A DNA stretch of 64,000 nucleotides from Planctomycetota bacterium (GTDB lineage Bacteria; Planctomycetota; GCA-002687715; CAIWVZ01). The notes below the pieces were generated by a model. It was not told where the DNA came from, did not search any database, and saw nothing but the letters and a program-made list of their open reading frames with translations. This document shows positions 1-9,226 of the stretch, piece after piece. Location: the NCBI GenBank assembly GCA_044222185.1, contig JBGANV010000011.1, positions 32,001 to 96,000 on the forward strand. The letters run 5' to 3'. Made by a program: the position numbers and the translations under genes. The first letter of the stretch is position 1. Every line of letters starts with the position of its first letter.

Positions 1-918
1 CAGATGCGCTGCGGCGGCGCAGTCGCGTACCTCCCGGTCGGTCGCGCCGGGCCACGGCGGCTCTCCGGTCAGAATCTCGCACAGGATCGCCCCCAGTTGG
101 AAAACGTCCGTCCGCCGATCGATGCGCGCAACCTCACCGCGCGCCTGTTCCGGAGCCATGTACGCCGGAGTCCCCATCACGGACCCAGGCAGAGAGTGCG
201 CCCGATGCGGGTGAGGCGGTCGGCTTGACGTCGGTTCGGTTTGAGGATGGTCGGGGACCGCGGCGGATTCGAACCCGCCAACCACCTTGGCCAGCCCCCA
301 ATCCATCACCTGAACCTCGCCGAATTCCCCCACCATCACATTCGCGGGTTTGAGATCGCGGTGGACGATCCCTCTCGAATGGGCGTAGGCGACGGCCTGG
401 CAGATCCGGTCGAAGATGGACATGTGCCGCCGCCGATCCTCCGTCGGCATCGAGCGGCGCCGCAGGAGTCTCGAGAACGTCTGTCCTTCCACGAGTTTCA
501 TCGCGATAAACGCGCGCCCATCGCGGAGTGTGCCGCAATCATGGATTGGCACGCAGGCGGGATGCTGCAAGCGACCCGCGATGCGCGCCTCATACAGGAA
601 CCGCTGCACGCGCTCCGGCTCGGCATCGGGTCGCGGGGCGAGCACCTTCAATGCAACCACCCGATCGAGGAGGTCGTCATGCGCACGCCAGACTTCTCCC
701 ATTCCACCGCGTCCCAGTTGCTCGACGATCCGGTACCGCTCGTTTCGGTCAGCCTGATCGAATGGTCTGGACAGGCGATCGAGGACGCGCCGTACGAGCC
801 CATCCTCGCTGGGTGCGGCGCGCAAAGCCTGGTTGCGAAGTGCGTTCGACAGCAAAGCGTCAAGAACAGGATCGTCGCCTCGCCCGTCTTCCATGCCTCC
901 AAGAACCTCGTCGCTCAT
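1..918 (-). CDS. Hanks-type Ser/Thr protein kinase, N-terminal part (runs off the window edge)
   Basis: Not in the ORF track; translated by hand from ATG at 918 (GGAGG upstream). Reads MSDEVLGG...YRIVEQLGRGGMGEVW, VALKVL, HRDLKPANVM, MDWGLAK, GTPAYMAPEQ, DVFQLG. Open to position 1. Confidence 0.93.
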   Translation of the reverse strand, partial: MSDEVLGGMEDGRGDDPVLDALLSNALRNQALRAAPSEDGLVRRVLDRLSRPFDQADRNERYRIVEQLGRGGMGEVWRAHDDLLDRVVALKVLAPRPDAEPERVQRFLYEARIAGRLQHPACVPIHDCGTLRDGRAFIAMKLVEGQTFSRLLRRRSMPTEDRRRHMSIFDRICQAVAYAHSRGIVHRDLKPANVMVGEFGEVQVMDWGLAKVVGGFESAAVPDHPQTEPTSSRPPHPHRAHSLPGSVMGTPAYMAPEQARGEVARIDRRTDVFQLGAILCEILTGEPPWPGATDREVRDCAAAAHL

Positions 919-1010
919 CGAACGCTCGCCTCCAGTGACCGTCCTCTCTCTATCCAGCGTCGATCTCGTTTTCGCCCTGCATCACGCGTGCGCTCGACAG
1001 CGGACAGCGC

Positions 1011-1706
1011 TCACACCGGGTCCCCCCGGACCAGTCGGAGGAGTTCTTCGAACACCTTGCTTGGTTCAGTCCGAGGTTCGGTCCCGTGCCGGGCGAGTAC
1101 CCGCAGCAGCACGTCCTTGAATTCCTTGCGGGCCCGGGCGTACTCGTGATGAATAAGCGCGGCATCGGCCGACCACCGAGCCGCGATCGCGCGAATCGGC
1201 TGTTCGTCGTAGAAGCGCAATCGCAGGATTTCGACCCGCCGCTCGGCGGTGGAACCCTTGGCCGTGGCTTCCCGGTTGAATTCGTCGAGCGCCGTCTGAA
1301 GGATCATCGTCGCCCATGCACGATCGAACACGGCTGAGACACGGTCGTCGCTCCGGTTCAGGTCGTCGGCGTCGAGCGCGGCCGGGAACTGACCCTCCCG
1401 CGGGGCGCGAAGCCGGCTCTCGTAGCGCAGCGCCACGATCCGTGACACTCCGTAGATGAAGGACTTGAACGTGGTGGCGCGGGCCCGCTCGGCGCACGCC
1501 AGTGCGCCGCCGTCGCGAAGGCAGTCGAGCAAGACGTCCTGCACCGCATCCTCGACGTGCTGCGAGTACCGCGGACTACTCCATCGAGATCGGAAGACGG
1601 ATCGGATCACGGGTGCATAGCGTCGAACGAACTCCTCGCGTTCCTGCGCTCTCCCAGCAGCCGCGCCCTCGATCATGGTCCAACATGTGGTCTCCAGAGG
1701 AATCAC
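1011..1706 (-). CDS. ECF RNA polymerase sigma factor (kinase-associated type)
   Basis: Region 2 (EEFVRRYAPVIR...VEDAVQDV...FKSFI) and region 4 HTH (EILRLRFYDEQPIRAIAARW). Lies directly upstream of a Ser/Thr kinase. GTG start. Confidence 0.88.
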   Translation of the reverse strand: MIPLETTCWTMIEGAAAGRAQEREEFVRRYAPVIRSVFRSRWSSPRYSQHVEDAVQDVLLDCLRDGGALACAERARATTFKSFIYGVSRIVALRYESRLRAPREGQFPAALDADDLNRSDDRVSAVFDRAWATMILQTALDEFNREATAKGSTAERRVEILRLRFYDEQPIRAIAARWSADAALIHHEYARARKEFKDVLLRVLARHGTEPRTEPSKVFEELLRLVRGDPV

Positions 1707-1718
1707 GCGGGCATCCTA
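1707..1718 (-). promoter_or_regulatory. -10 box TAGGAT plus GCCCGC, 6 nt before the GTG start (probable leaderless transcript)
   Basis: Minus strand reads TAGGAT-GCCCGC-GTG with no SD. The same motif recurs before other genes. Confidence 0.5.
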
Positions 1719-1919
1719 TTGCCGGTCGCGGCGGTCGTGGTCGTCCGGCCGGAAATTGCACGCAGCGCCTCACCGAGCGTGTGCCCCCTACCAACGGAAA
1801 GGGAACCCTCAGCCCAAGAGATGCCACATCGGACCCAGACGTTCCCATCGACTGCAACCCCGCTCGCCTGTACGATCCCGGCTCCGCCCGGCCGGATACC
1901 GGGTGGGAGGGAGCTCCGC

Positions 1920-3983
1920 ATGAGACAGGCACGCAGCGTCGCCGCGTGGGTCGCGCTTCTGGCGGCCGGCGTCGTAGCCCAGGCACCTTCCGCCAAGGAT
2001 CTGCGATCCCTGCTTTGCGCCGACGTGAAGACGTGGGAGGCATCGGGCCGGCTGGTCGCAAGCTGGCCCATGACCGCGCGCGGCGAGTTGGCATCGTTCG
2101 AGACCTACCCGGAGGGTGAGCCCAAGGTCGCCGAAACGGGCACCGTGATCCGCAACGGCAAGGAGAACGTCGGCTTCATCCGCTTCAAGGAGCTTCACTT
2201 CACCGAGCCGTGCAGGATCAGCGCCGACATGCAGGTCGAGACCGAGTCGACCGGCTTCCTCGTCGAAGTCGCGGACTCCAACGATCAGCTGAAGCGCATC
2301 ATGGCGGGCGCGAACGTCCACATCTTCTCCGATTCGGCGCGCCGGGCCGACTTCCTCGGCATCTCGGAGAACGGCAAGCCCGTGGGCAAGCCGTCCTATC
2401 AGAACACTTCCGTCATCGCGAAGCGCGTCGTGCCGGTGAGTCTGGACGTGCGCAACCAGACGCTCACGTTCTCGGTCGGCAGCACGAAGGTCGGACCGTT
2501 CACCACGCTCGTGCCCAAGTCGTTCTCGATCCACTTCGTCGCGCAAGGGGGAACGGCGACGATCAAGAACGTGGCCATCGACGGCCGGGTCGTCCCCGAG
2601 ACGATGCGCAAGCTGGTCGGGTCGCTCGCCGCGCACGAGAAGGCGGGCGCTGCGATCGTCGCCGAAAAGACCGGCGAGCTCGCGTCGATCGCCGTCGAGC
2701 GCGAGATGGCGAAGGCGCCGCCGTGCCCTGCCCTGGGGGAAGAATTCGACAAGCTCGCCTCGTCGCTCCAGGAACAGGCGAGGCGCGGCATGGACGCGCT
2801 GGACCACGGGCGACTCGCCGAAGGACTCGACGTCCTGAAGCAGTGCGCGTTCTCCGCCGACAAGAACGCTGCGATCGAGTTCCTGTATGGCCAGGCGCTC
2901 GTCGTCGCGGGCATCGCCGACGAGGCTCGAACGCACCTGGAAACGGCGACCGCGGCGCGATGGGACTTGAGCGACGCATGGATCACGCTCGCCGGAGTTC
3001 ACGCACGGGACGGGAACACGGATCAGGCGTTGGCGAGCCTGGACAAGGCCGCGAAGGCCGCGCCGAAGAATCCGTGGGTGTTCGTCGTGCGCGCCCGAAC
3101 GCTCCTCGACGATGGCCGCGCGGCGGAGGCGGCCGCCGCGCTCAAGATCGCAGCCGAGCTCAACCCCGAGTCCAAGGGCATCGCGTTGTTCGCCAAGGAC
3201 GTGGCGCGCCTGCAGAGCCGACCCCAGTGGAAGACGCCGTTCTCGAGCCCTCGCAAGAACTACGTCGTCGAGTGCGGAATCTCGCCCAAGTACGCCGCCG
3301 ACCTGGCGTCGAAGCTCACGGTCTATCGCGGGTTCCTCGAGAAGGCGTTCCCCCTCGGCATCGAGCAGAAGACGCCGTCGCGCGTCTGGGTGTTCGACTC
3401 GCAGGAGGAGTACATGCTGTTCAGCAGCACGCTCTCCCATCGCATGGAACACACGGCAGGTCTCTATCACCCGTCGATCAAGACGCTCCTCCTCATCGCC
3501 AACGTGGACGCGGAGGCCACGCGGCAGACGCTCTTCCACGAGGCGTTCCACCAATACCTGGACGTCGCCGTGAACCGTCCGCCGATCTGGTTCAACGAAG
3601 GGCTGGCCGAGTACTTCGGATCGACGTCGTTCGACGTCTCGAATCGGCCCACGGAGGCCCAGATCCTCCGCGAGCGGTTGTTCTCGCTGAAGGGCCGCGA
3701 GATGTTCCCGTTCTCGCGACTCATGACGCTGACGCCCGGTGCGTTCATGAACGAGAAGATCGTCTCCCAGTGCTACGCCCAGTCGTGGGCCATGGTCCAC
3801 TTCTTCAAGCGCGGGCCGAGCACGGATGCCGCCGCCCTGTTCTCCGAGTACACGCGTGCGATCCTCTCGAAGAAGTCCGGCGCCGATGCGTACGCCGAGA
3901 CTTTCGGAGCCAAACCGGCCCAACTGAGCCTCATCGAGGCGGCGTTCGCCGAGTACGTGAAGAACCTCATCGACCACATGTGA
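1920..3983 (+). CDS. Secreted TPR protein with C-terminal DUF1570-like gluzincin (HExxH) domain
   Basis: ATG at 1920 after GGGAGGGAG. Signal peptide (VAAWVALLAAGVVAQA), TPR-like helices, then LFHEAFHQY...PIWFNEGLAEYF and YAQSWAMVHFF. Confidence 0.85.
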   Translation: MRQARSVAAWVALLAAGVVAQAPSAKDLRSLLCADVKTWEASGRLVASWPMTARGELASFETYPEGEPKVAETGTVIRNGKENVGFIRFKELHFTEPCRISADMQVETESTGFLVEVADSNDQLKRIMAGANVHIFSDSARRADFLGISENGKPVGKPSYQNTSVIAKRVVPVSLDVRNQTLTFSVGSTKVGPFTTLVPKSFSIHFVAQGGTATIKNVAIDGRVVPETMRKLVGSLAAHEKAGAAIVAEKTGELASIAVEREMAKAPPCPALGEEFDKLASSLQEQARRGMDALDHGRLAEGLDVLKQCAFSADKNAAIEFLYGQALVVAGIADEARTHLETATAARWDLSDAWITLAGVHARDGNTDQALASLDKAAKAAPKNPWVFVVRARTLLDDGRAAEAAAALKIAAELNPESKGIALFAKDVARLQSRPQWKTPFSSPRKNYVVECGISPKYAADLASKLTVYRGFLEKAFPLGIEQKTPSRVWVFDSQEEYMLFSSTLSHRMEHTAGLYHPSIKTLLLIANVDAEATRQTLFHEAFHQYLDVAVNRPPIWFNEGLAEYFGSTSFDVSNRPTEAQILRERLFSLKGREMFPFSRLMTLTPGAFMNEKIVSQCYAQSWAMVHFFKRGPSTDAAALFSEYTRAILSKKSGADAYAETFGAKPAQLSLIEAAFAEYVKNLIDHM

Positions 3984-4053
3984 CGGGTCCGAGGTGGATT
4001 CGTATCGGCCGCCCGTGCGGCCCGCGCCGAATCCTCAGTAGAGTGCCCGCTCC

Positions 4054-5982
4054 ATGGCGCTCCTCACCGTCTCGAACGTTCATCTCGCCTACGAGGATCG
4101 TCACCTCCTTCGCGGGGTCGCGCTGTCGATCGACGAGGGCGAACGCGTGGGACTCCTCGGCCAGAACGGCTCGGGAAAGTCGTCGCTGCTGTCGATCCTC
4201 GCTGGGATCAAGCAGCCCGACGAAGGCGAGCGCACGACGCGCCGCAACCTCCGCATCGGGTTTCTCCAGCAGGAGCCGCCGCTCGATCCGTCGCTGAAGA
4301 TCCGTGACGCCGTGCGACTCGGCATCGAGGGTCGTGAGGAAGTGCTGGAGGCGCTCGAGAAACTCCACGCGGCCTTCGAAGATCCCACGCTCTCCCCCGA
4401 TCGGCTCGAATCCCTCCTCGCCAAGCAGGCCCAGCTGGAAGACCGGCTCGAACATCTGGGCGGACACGACATCGAGCATCGGGTCGAGACCATGGTCCAC
4501 CACCTGGGATTGCGCGACGCCGACGCGCCGTGTGCGAACCTCTCCGGCGGCGAGCGGCGCCGCGTGGCTCTCGCCCGGCTGCTCTTGAGCGAGCCGGACC
4601 TCCTCCTCCTCGACGAGCCCACCAACCATCTCGACGCCGTCGTCACGGACTGGCTGGAGGATTGGCTCCTCGACACCCAAGTGCCGCTCTTGATGGTCAC
4701 CCACGATCGTTACTTCCTCGATCGCATCGCCGATCGGATCGTCGAGCTCGACCGCGGCAAGCTCTACTCCTACGACGGCAACTACTCGGACTACCTGGTC
4801 TCGCGCGCCGAACGCGACGACGTCGAGCGCCACATGGATCAGGTCCGCAAGAACACCCTGCGCCGCGAGACGGCGTGGATTCGCCGCGGTCCACCCGCGC
4901 AGCGCAAGAAGTCGAAGGCGCGCCTCGCCCATTATTCGAATCTCGTCGAGTCGAAGCCCGAGGGCCCGAACGCGACGTTGGAATTCGAGATCCCGCCCGG
5001 CCCGCGCCTGGGTACGCGCGTCATCCGACTGAAAGGCGTCAGCAAGTCGTTTGGCGATCGGGTGATCGTCCCCCCGACGGATCTGGAGATAGGCCCCGGC
5101 GAGTGCATCGGCGTCGTGGGTCCCAACGGCGCCGGCAAGAGCACGTTCTTGAAGCTCTGTACGGGTGTGCTCGCGCCGGACACGGGCGAAGTGCTGATCG
5201 CGGATTCGGTCCGCATCGCCGCCATCGATCAACAGCGCAGCGAGCTCGATCCCGAGCGCACCGTGCTCGAGGAAGTGGCCGGCAAGAGCAGCTACGTGCA
5301 GGTCGGCGATCGCCAGGTGCGCGTCGAGACCTTCCTCGAGCAGTTCCTCTTCCCCGGCGATCGCAAGCACCAGCGAATTTCCAAGCTCTCCGGTGGCGAG
5401 CGCAACCGCATCCTTCTCGCCAAGCTCCTGGGCAAGGGCGGCAACGTGCTCGTCCTCGACGAGCCGACGAACGATCTGGACGTGTCCACCCTGCGCGTGC
5501 TCGAAGAGGCCGTCGCCGGTTTCGTCGGCACGACGCTCGTCGTCAGCCACGATCGCTGGTTCCTCGACCGCGTCGCGAAGCGCATCGTGTTCTTCGACGG
5601 CGAGGGCGGCATGCGGATCCACGAAGGATCGCTGACGCTCCTGCTCGAACGCGTCGCCGCGGAGCGCCTCGCGGCGGAGGCCGAGGAGAAGGAACGGGAG
5701 CGGGCCCGGCAGAAGCGGGGCACGGCCAAACCGGCAGCACCGCCGGTCCCCAAGCTCAGTCACAACGAGCGCAAGGAGCTCGATGGACTGCCGGATCGCA
5801 TCACGGCCGCCGAGGGCCGCGTCGCCAGCCTCGACGCCAGGCTCTCCGATCCGGGCTTCTACTCGTCGCCGCGCGCGGATCAGGACCGCGTCATCGCCGA
5901 CCGCAAGGCCGCGGCCGACGCAGTCCAAGCGCTCTACGCGCGATGGGAAGAGCTGGACGCCCTGTCGCGCACGACGGCGTAG
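4054..5982 (+). CDS. uup: ABC-F family ATPase (Uup-like)
   Basis: Two ABC cassettes (GQNGSGKS/LSGGE/LLLDEPTNHLD and GPNGAGKS/LSGGE/LDEPTNDLD), no TM segments, C-terminal coiled coil (KLSHNERKELDGLPDRI). Confidence 0.9.
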   Translation: MALLTVSNVHLAYEDRHLLRGVALSIDEGERVGLLGQNGSGKSSLLSILAGIKQPDEGERTTRRNLRIGFLQQEPPLDPSLKIRDAVRLGIEGREEVLEALEKLHAAFEDPTLSPDRLESLLAKQAQLEDRLEHLGGHDIEHRVETMVHHLGLRDADAPCANLSGGERRRVALARLLLSEPDLLLLDEPTNHLDAVVTDWLEDWLLDTQVPLLMVTHDRYFLDRIADRIVELDRGKLYSYDGNYSDYLVSRAERDDVERHMDQVRKNTLRRETAWIRRGPPAQRKKSKARLAHYSNLVESKPEGPNATLEFEIPPGPRLGTRVIRLKGVSKSFGDRVIVPPTDLEIGPGECIGVVGPNGAGKSTFLKLCTGVLAPDTGEVLIADSVRIAAIDQQRSELDPERTVLEEVAGKSSYVQVGDRQVRVETFLEQFLFPGDRKHQRISKLSGGERNRILLAKLLGKGGNVLVLDEPTNDLDVSTLRVLEEAVAGFVGTTLVVSHDRWFLDRVAKRIVFFDGEGGMRIHEGSLTLLLERVAAERLAAEAEEKERERARQKRGTAKPAAPPVPKLSHNERKELDGLPDRITAAEGRVASLDARLSDPGFYSSPRADQDRVIADRKAAADAVQALYARWEELDALSRTTA

Positions 5983-6001
5983 TCGCACGCGACGCGCGAC
6001 G

Positions 6002-8467
6002 TCACCGCGGCTCGCTCGGACGCGACGTCGCCGCCTGACGCGTCGCGATCATGCGCCCGCCGATGCGCTCGAGCGCGTCCGAGGCCGCGGCACTCACCGA
6101 CGGGTCCTGGTCCTGGACCAGCTCGAGCAACGAGCCGACGGCCGTTGCATCTCCGAGCGCGCCGAAGGCGAACGCCGCGGCGCGACGCTCGATGGGCTTC
6201 TCGCTCTTCAGCAGCTTCTGGGCCGCATCGAGCGCGGCGCCACGCGCGTCGCCGCCGTCCGCGCCGAATTCGTCCTTCAAGCGGCGCCGCTCGCGGAGCT
6301 TCGTCAGCGCATCTTGAGCCGTCGCCTGGATGCCCGGGTCCTGATCATCGAGCAACGCCACGAGGCGAGGGGCCGCGGCGAAGACACACCGTTCTCCAGC
6401 GAACCGCGCGATGGCTGACAACATCCGGCGATCGGCCGCTTCGAGCGCCACGACGGTGGCGGCGGCCGCATCGGCAGGGCTCACCTCGTAGAACCGCTCC
6501 AGGAAGCGCGCATCGATGAGCCGCTTCGGCACGCGCGCAACGAACGCGCGCATCACGCTGCCATCCAGCTTCTGGTCTGCGCCGGCCCGTCCCCCAACCA
6601 TCGCCCACGGCACCGACGCGGCGCCCGCGCTCTCGGCCATGCGCACGAGATCCTCCACGGCTCCATCTCCGATACGAGTGACCATCGCGGCCGCGATGAC
6701 CGCGAAGGGCGGATCTCCCTTCTTCGCTCGCGACTTCGCGACGAACGCTCGGACGTCCGGCAACACCGTCGCACCGGCGATCTCGACCATGAGCGCCAGG
6801 TCGTGCGCACGGTCGCCGTCGTCTTGCGGTTTACGCGCGCGCAGCGCCGGAATGAGCGCCGGGTCCCGAACGTGGTCCGCGAACTCGTGCGCCCGACTCG
6901 CCAGCTCCAGATCCAACGACGCCAGGTCCTCCAAGAGAAACCGCGGAAGCGGCTGAGGTGTCGTCAATCCTGCCCCCCGATTGGCGGCGCCGTACGCCGC
7001 CATGCGAACCTTCGGATCGGACTCCTCGAGAAGCCGCACGCGGATCGCATCGCTCGCGCGGTCCTGGCCGAGCACCGCATGGGCCAGGGCGGCGCGGCAC
7101 TGCCCTGGAGCCAGACTGGGGAGAAGCTCGAGCACCCACCGCTCGAACTCTTCGGGTTTGAGATTCCGCGCGACGATCTGCGTCATGGACTGCACCATCG
7201 AACCGATCCCCCCGCGGACCCGTTCCTCGGTGGACGGCGCGATTGCGCTCGCTGTGGCCTTCAGCCATCCGGCCATCTGCTCCGGCGAGAGCGTGCGAGT
7301 CGCCCGGGTGTTCCACGCGACGCGATATTCCGTTTCGCCGCGCAGCCAGGTATCCACGCCGTCCTTCAACGACCGAAGCCCGCCCTGATGAACGAGGTCC
7401 GCCACGTCCTGCGGCCAGGATCGCGGGTATTGCCCGAACACACCGGCGGCCTCCATGCGCACCGACCGGTCATCGTTGTCGAGGAGGACGGCCGCGTGGC
7501 GAAGCGCTGAGTCCTCGATCGTCGGCGTGACGTCCGGCCCTCCCATCGCGGCGCGCGCCGCGTGGAGCGCCAGCGTGCGCTCGGCGATCTCCGCGGAGTT
7601 CAACGCGGCGAGGATCGAGGTCTCGACCGTCGACGTGGGGATGCGAAAGCTCCGATCGCCAATCCATGCGAGCGCGCGCTGCCGAACGGATCCGGTGCGA
7701 TGCGTCAGAGCCATCGCTGCGAGCTCCGCGACCCGGGACTCGAGGGACTTCCGCTGCGTCGTCCTGCTCTCCGCGAGCACATCGCACGCCATGCCGTTGA
7801 TCCGCGGATCGACGTGCCGCAATCCTGCCTCGATGATGGCGAATCGCGCGTCCGTTTCCGTCGTCAGCCGCCGTGCGGAGATCAGCGCAGCCTCGGCGAC
7901 GCCCAGGCGCGGGTCGGAGGCCATCGCGACCAATTCCGCCAGCGAAGCCGGCGTCTGCTGTTCGGCGTAGACGGAGGCGATCTTGCGTGCCAGCTCGGCC
8001 GTCGCGTGCTCGATCAACGGTTTCAGGTGCGGCAGGGCGCGGTCCTGGAGCGCCACGAGCTCGAGCTTGGCGGATGGCTCGGGCATGCGGTTGAGTAGTG
8101 CAGTGATCAGCATCGCGGTCGCGTCTGCCGGCCGTGACTCGAGCTCGGCCATCGTCGATCGCACGCTCGGGTCGTCGGGAAATCTATTCCCGAGGTCCTT
8201 CACGGCGTCGCGCGCCTCCGCCTCGCGGCCCAGTGCCATCAAGCAGTGGATGCGGCCCACGCCCGCCTTCGCCGCGATGTCCCCCTTCTGCTCCTTCTCC
8301 GCCTCCGCCGCCGCTTCGGCGTACAGTTTCTCCGCCTTGGCGAAGTCGCGCGTGCTCTTCTCTTCGAAGAAGCCGCGCACGTATGCGTCCTCCGCTTTCG
8401 ACTGCGCGAGGAGCGGAGCCGTCAGAACGAGCACGAGGGCCAATGACGTCGAGATGGTGCGATGCAT
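6002..8467 (-). CDS. Secreted/periplasmic HEAT-repeat protein with N-terminal TPR-like segment
   Basis: Signal peptide (LALVLVLTAPLLAQ) and HEAT/PBS-lyase-like repeats (ERRAAAFAFGALGD...LLELVQDQDPSVSAAASDAL). GGGAG SD. Co-oriented downstream of the two-component genes. Confidence 0.8.
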   Translation of the reverse strand: MHRTISTSLALVLVLTAPLLAQSKAEDAYVRGFFEEKSTRDFAKAEKLYAEAAAEAEKEQKGDIAAKAGVGRIHCLMALGREAEARDAVKDLGNRFPDDPSVRSTMAELESRPADATAMLITALLNRMPEPSAKLELVALQDRALPHLKPLIEHATAELARKIASVYAEQQTPASLAELVAMASDPRLGVAEAALISARRLTTETDARFAIIEAGLRHVDPRINGMACDVLAESRTTQRKSLESRVAELAAMALTHRTGSVRQRALAWIGDRSFRIPTSTVETSILAALNSAEIAERTLALHAARAAMGGPDVTPTIEDSALRHAAVLLDNDDRSVRMEAAGVFGQYPRSWPQDVADLVHQGGLRSLKDGVDTWLRGETEYRVAWNTRATRTLSPEQMAGWLKATASAIAPSTEERVRGGIGSMVQSMTQIVARNLKPEEFERWVLELLPSLAPGQCRAALAHAVLGQDRASDAIRVRLLEESDPKVRMAAYGAANRGAGLTTPQPLPRFLLEDLASLDLELASRAHEFADHVRDPALIPALRARKPQDDGDRAHDLALMVEIAGATVLPDVRAFVAKSRAKKGDPPFAVIAAAMVTRIGDGAVEDLVRMAESAGAASVPWAMVGGRAGADQKLDGSVMRAFVARVPKRLIDARFLERFYEVSPADAAAATVVALEAADRRMLSAIARFAGERCVFAAAPRLVALLDDQDPGIQATAQDALTKLRERRRLKDEFGADGGDARGAALDAAQKLLKSEKPIERRAAAFAFGALGDATAVGSLLELVQDQDPSVSAAASDALERIGGRMIATRQAATSRPSEPR

Positions 8468-8517
8468 GGTGTGTCTCCCGTGACGTCCTCATTCGACCAT
8501 CGCGGGACCCAAAACCC

Positions 8518-8534
8518 CGTCCCGGAGTTGTCAC
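8518..8534 (-). promoter_or_regulatory. Candidate OmpR/PhoB-type tandem half-sites (GTGACA-N5-GGGACG, 11-bp period)
   Basis: Lies between the response regulator and the HEAT gene. Similar 11-bp-spaced sites occur at 11059-11086. Confidence 0.4.
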
Positions 8535-9226
8535 GAACCTCTGGCGTCGAGGTCCAGCCGGTAGCCGTGGCCGTGCACGGTGACGAGGAAGCGGGGTGCG
8601 GCCGGATCGGCCTCGATCTTTCGGCGCAACCGCGCGATGTGGTTGTCGAGCGTGCGGGTCTCCGCGGCGCGGGATACGCCCCACAAATCGCGGAGGATCT
8701 GCGCCCGGTCGACGGCATGGCCGGGCCTGGCGGCGAGATAACGCAGAAGATCCGTTTCGATCCCCGTCAGCTCCTCCGTGCGGTCGCCGTGATTCGCCGT
8801 TCGGGCACCAAGGTCGACGTGCACCCGACCCAACGTGAGGACGTCCCGCGGCACGGCCGTGCCGGTGCGCCGAAGCACGGCCTGGATGCGGGCGACCAGT
8901 TCGGCGATGCCAAACGGCTTCGTGACGTAATCGTCGGCGCCGAGCTGGAGCCCCATGACCTTGTCGGTCTCGGAGCCGCGAGCGGTCAGGCAGATGACGG
9001 CCGTGGTGGCACCGCGCGCCCGAAGCGTCGTCAACACCTCCGTGCCGTCCACGTCTGGAAGCGACAGGTCGAGGATCACGAGATCGAACGCGGATGCGGA
9101 TGCCCCATCCATCGCCGCGCGCCCCTGATCGACCCACGTGACGGTGAAGCCCTCACGTTCCAGGTTGAACTGGAGGCCGCGCGCCAGATTGGCGTCATCC
9201 TCCACGAGCAGGATGCGGGCCTTCAC
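8531..9226 (-). CDS. OmpR/PhoB-family response regulator
   Basis: ILLVEDD, DLVILDLSLP, GADDYVTKPF and winged-helix end (RTLDNHIARLRRKIE...TVHGHGYR). Confidence 0.96.
   Translation of the reverse strand: MKARILLVEDDANLARGLQFNLEREGFTVTWVDQGRAAMDGASASAFDLVILDLSLPDVDGTEVLTTLRARGATTAVICLTARGSETDKVMGLQLGADDYVTKPFGIAELVARIQAVLRRTGTAVPRDVLTLGRVHVDLGARTANHGDRTEELTGIETDLLRYLAARPGHAVDRAQILRDLWGVSRAAETRTLDNHIARLRRKIEADPAAPRFLVTVHGHGYRLDLDARGS

Noticed and set aside
241-1149. 302-aa plus-strand ORF
   Set aside because: It is the antisense shadow of the minus-strand kinase (1-918).
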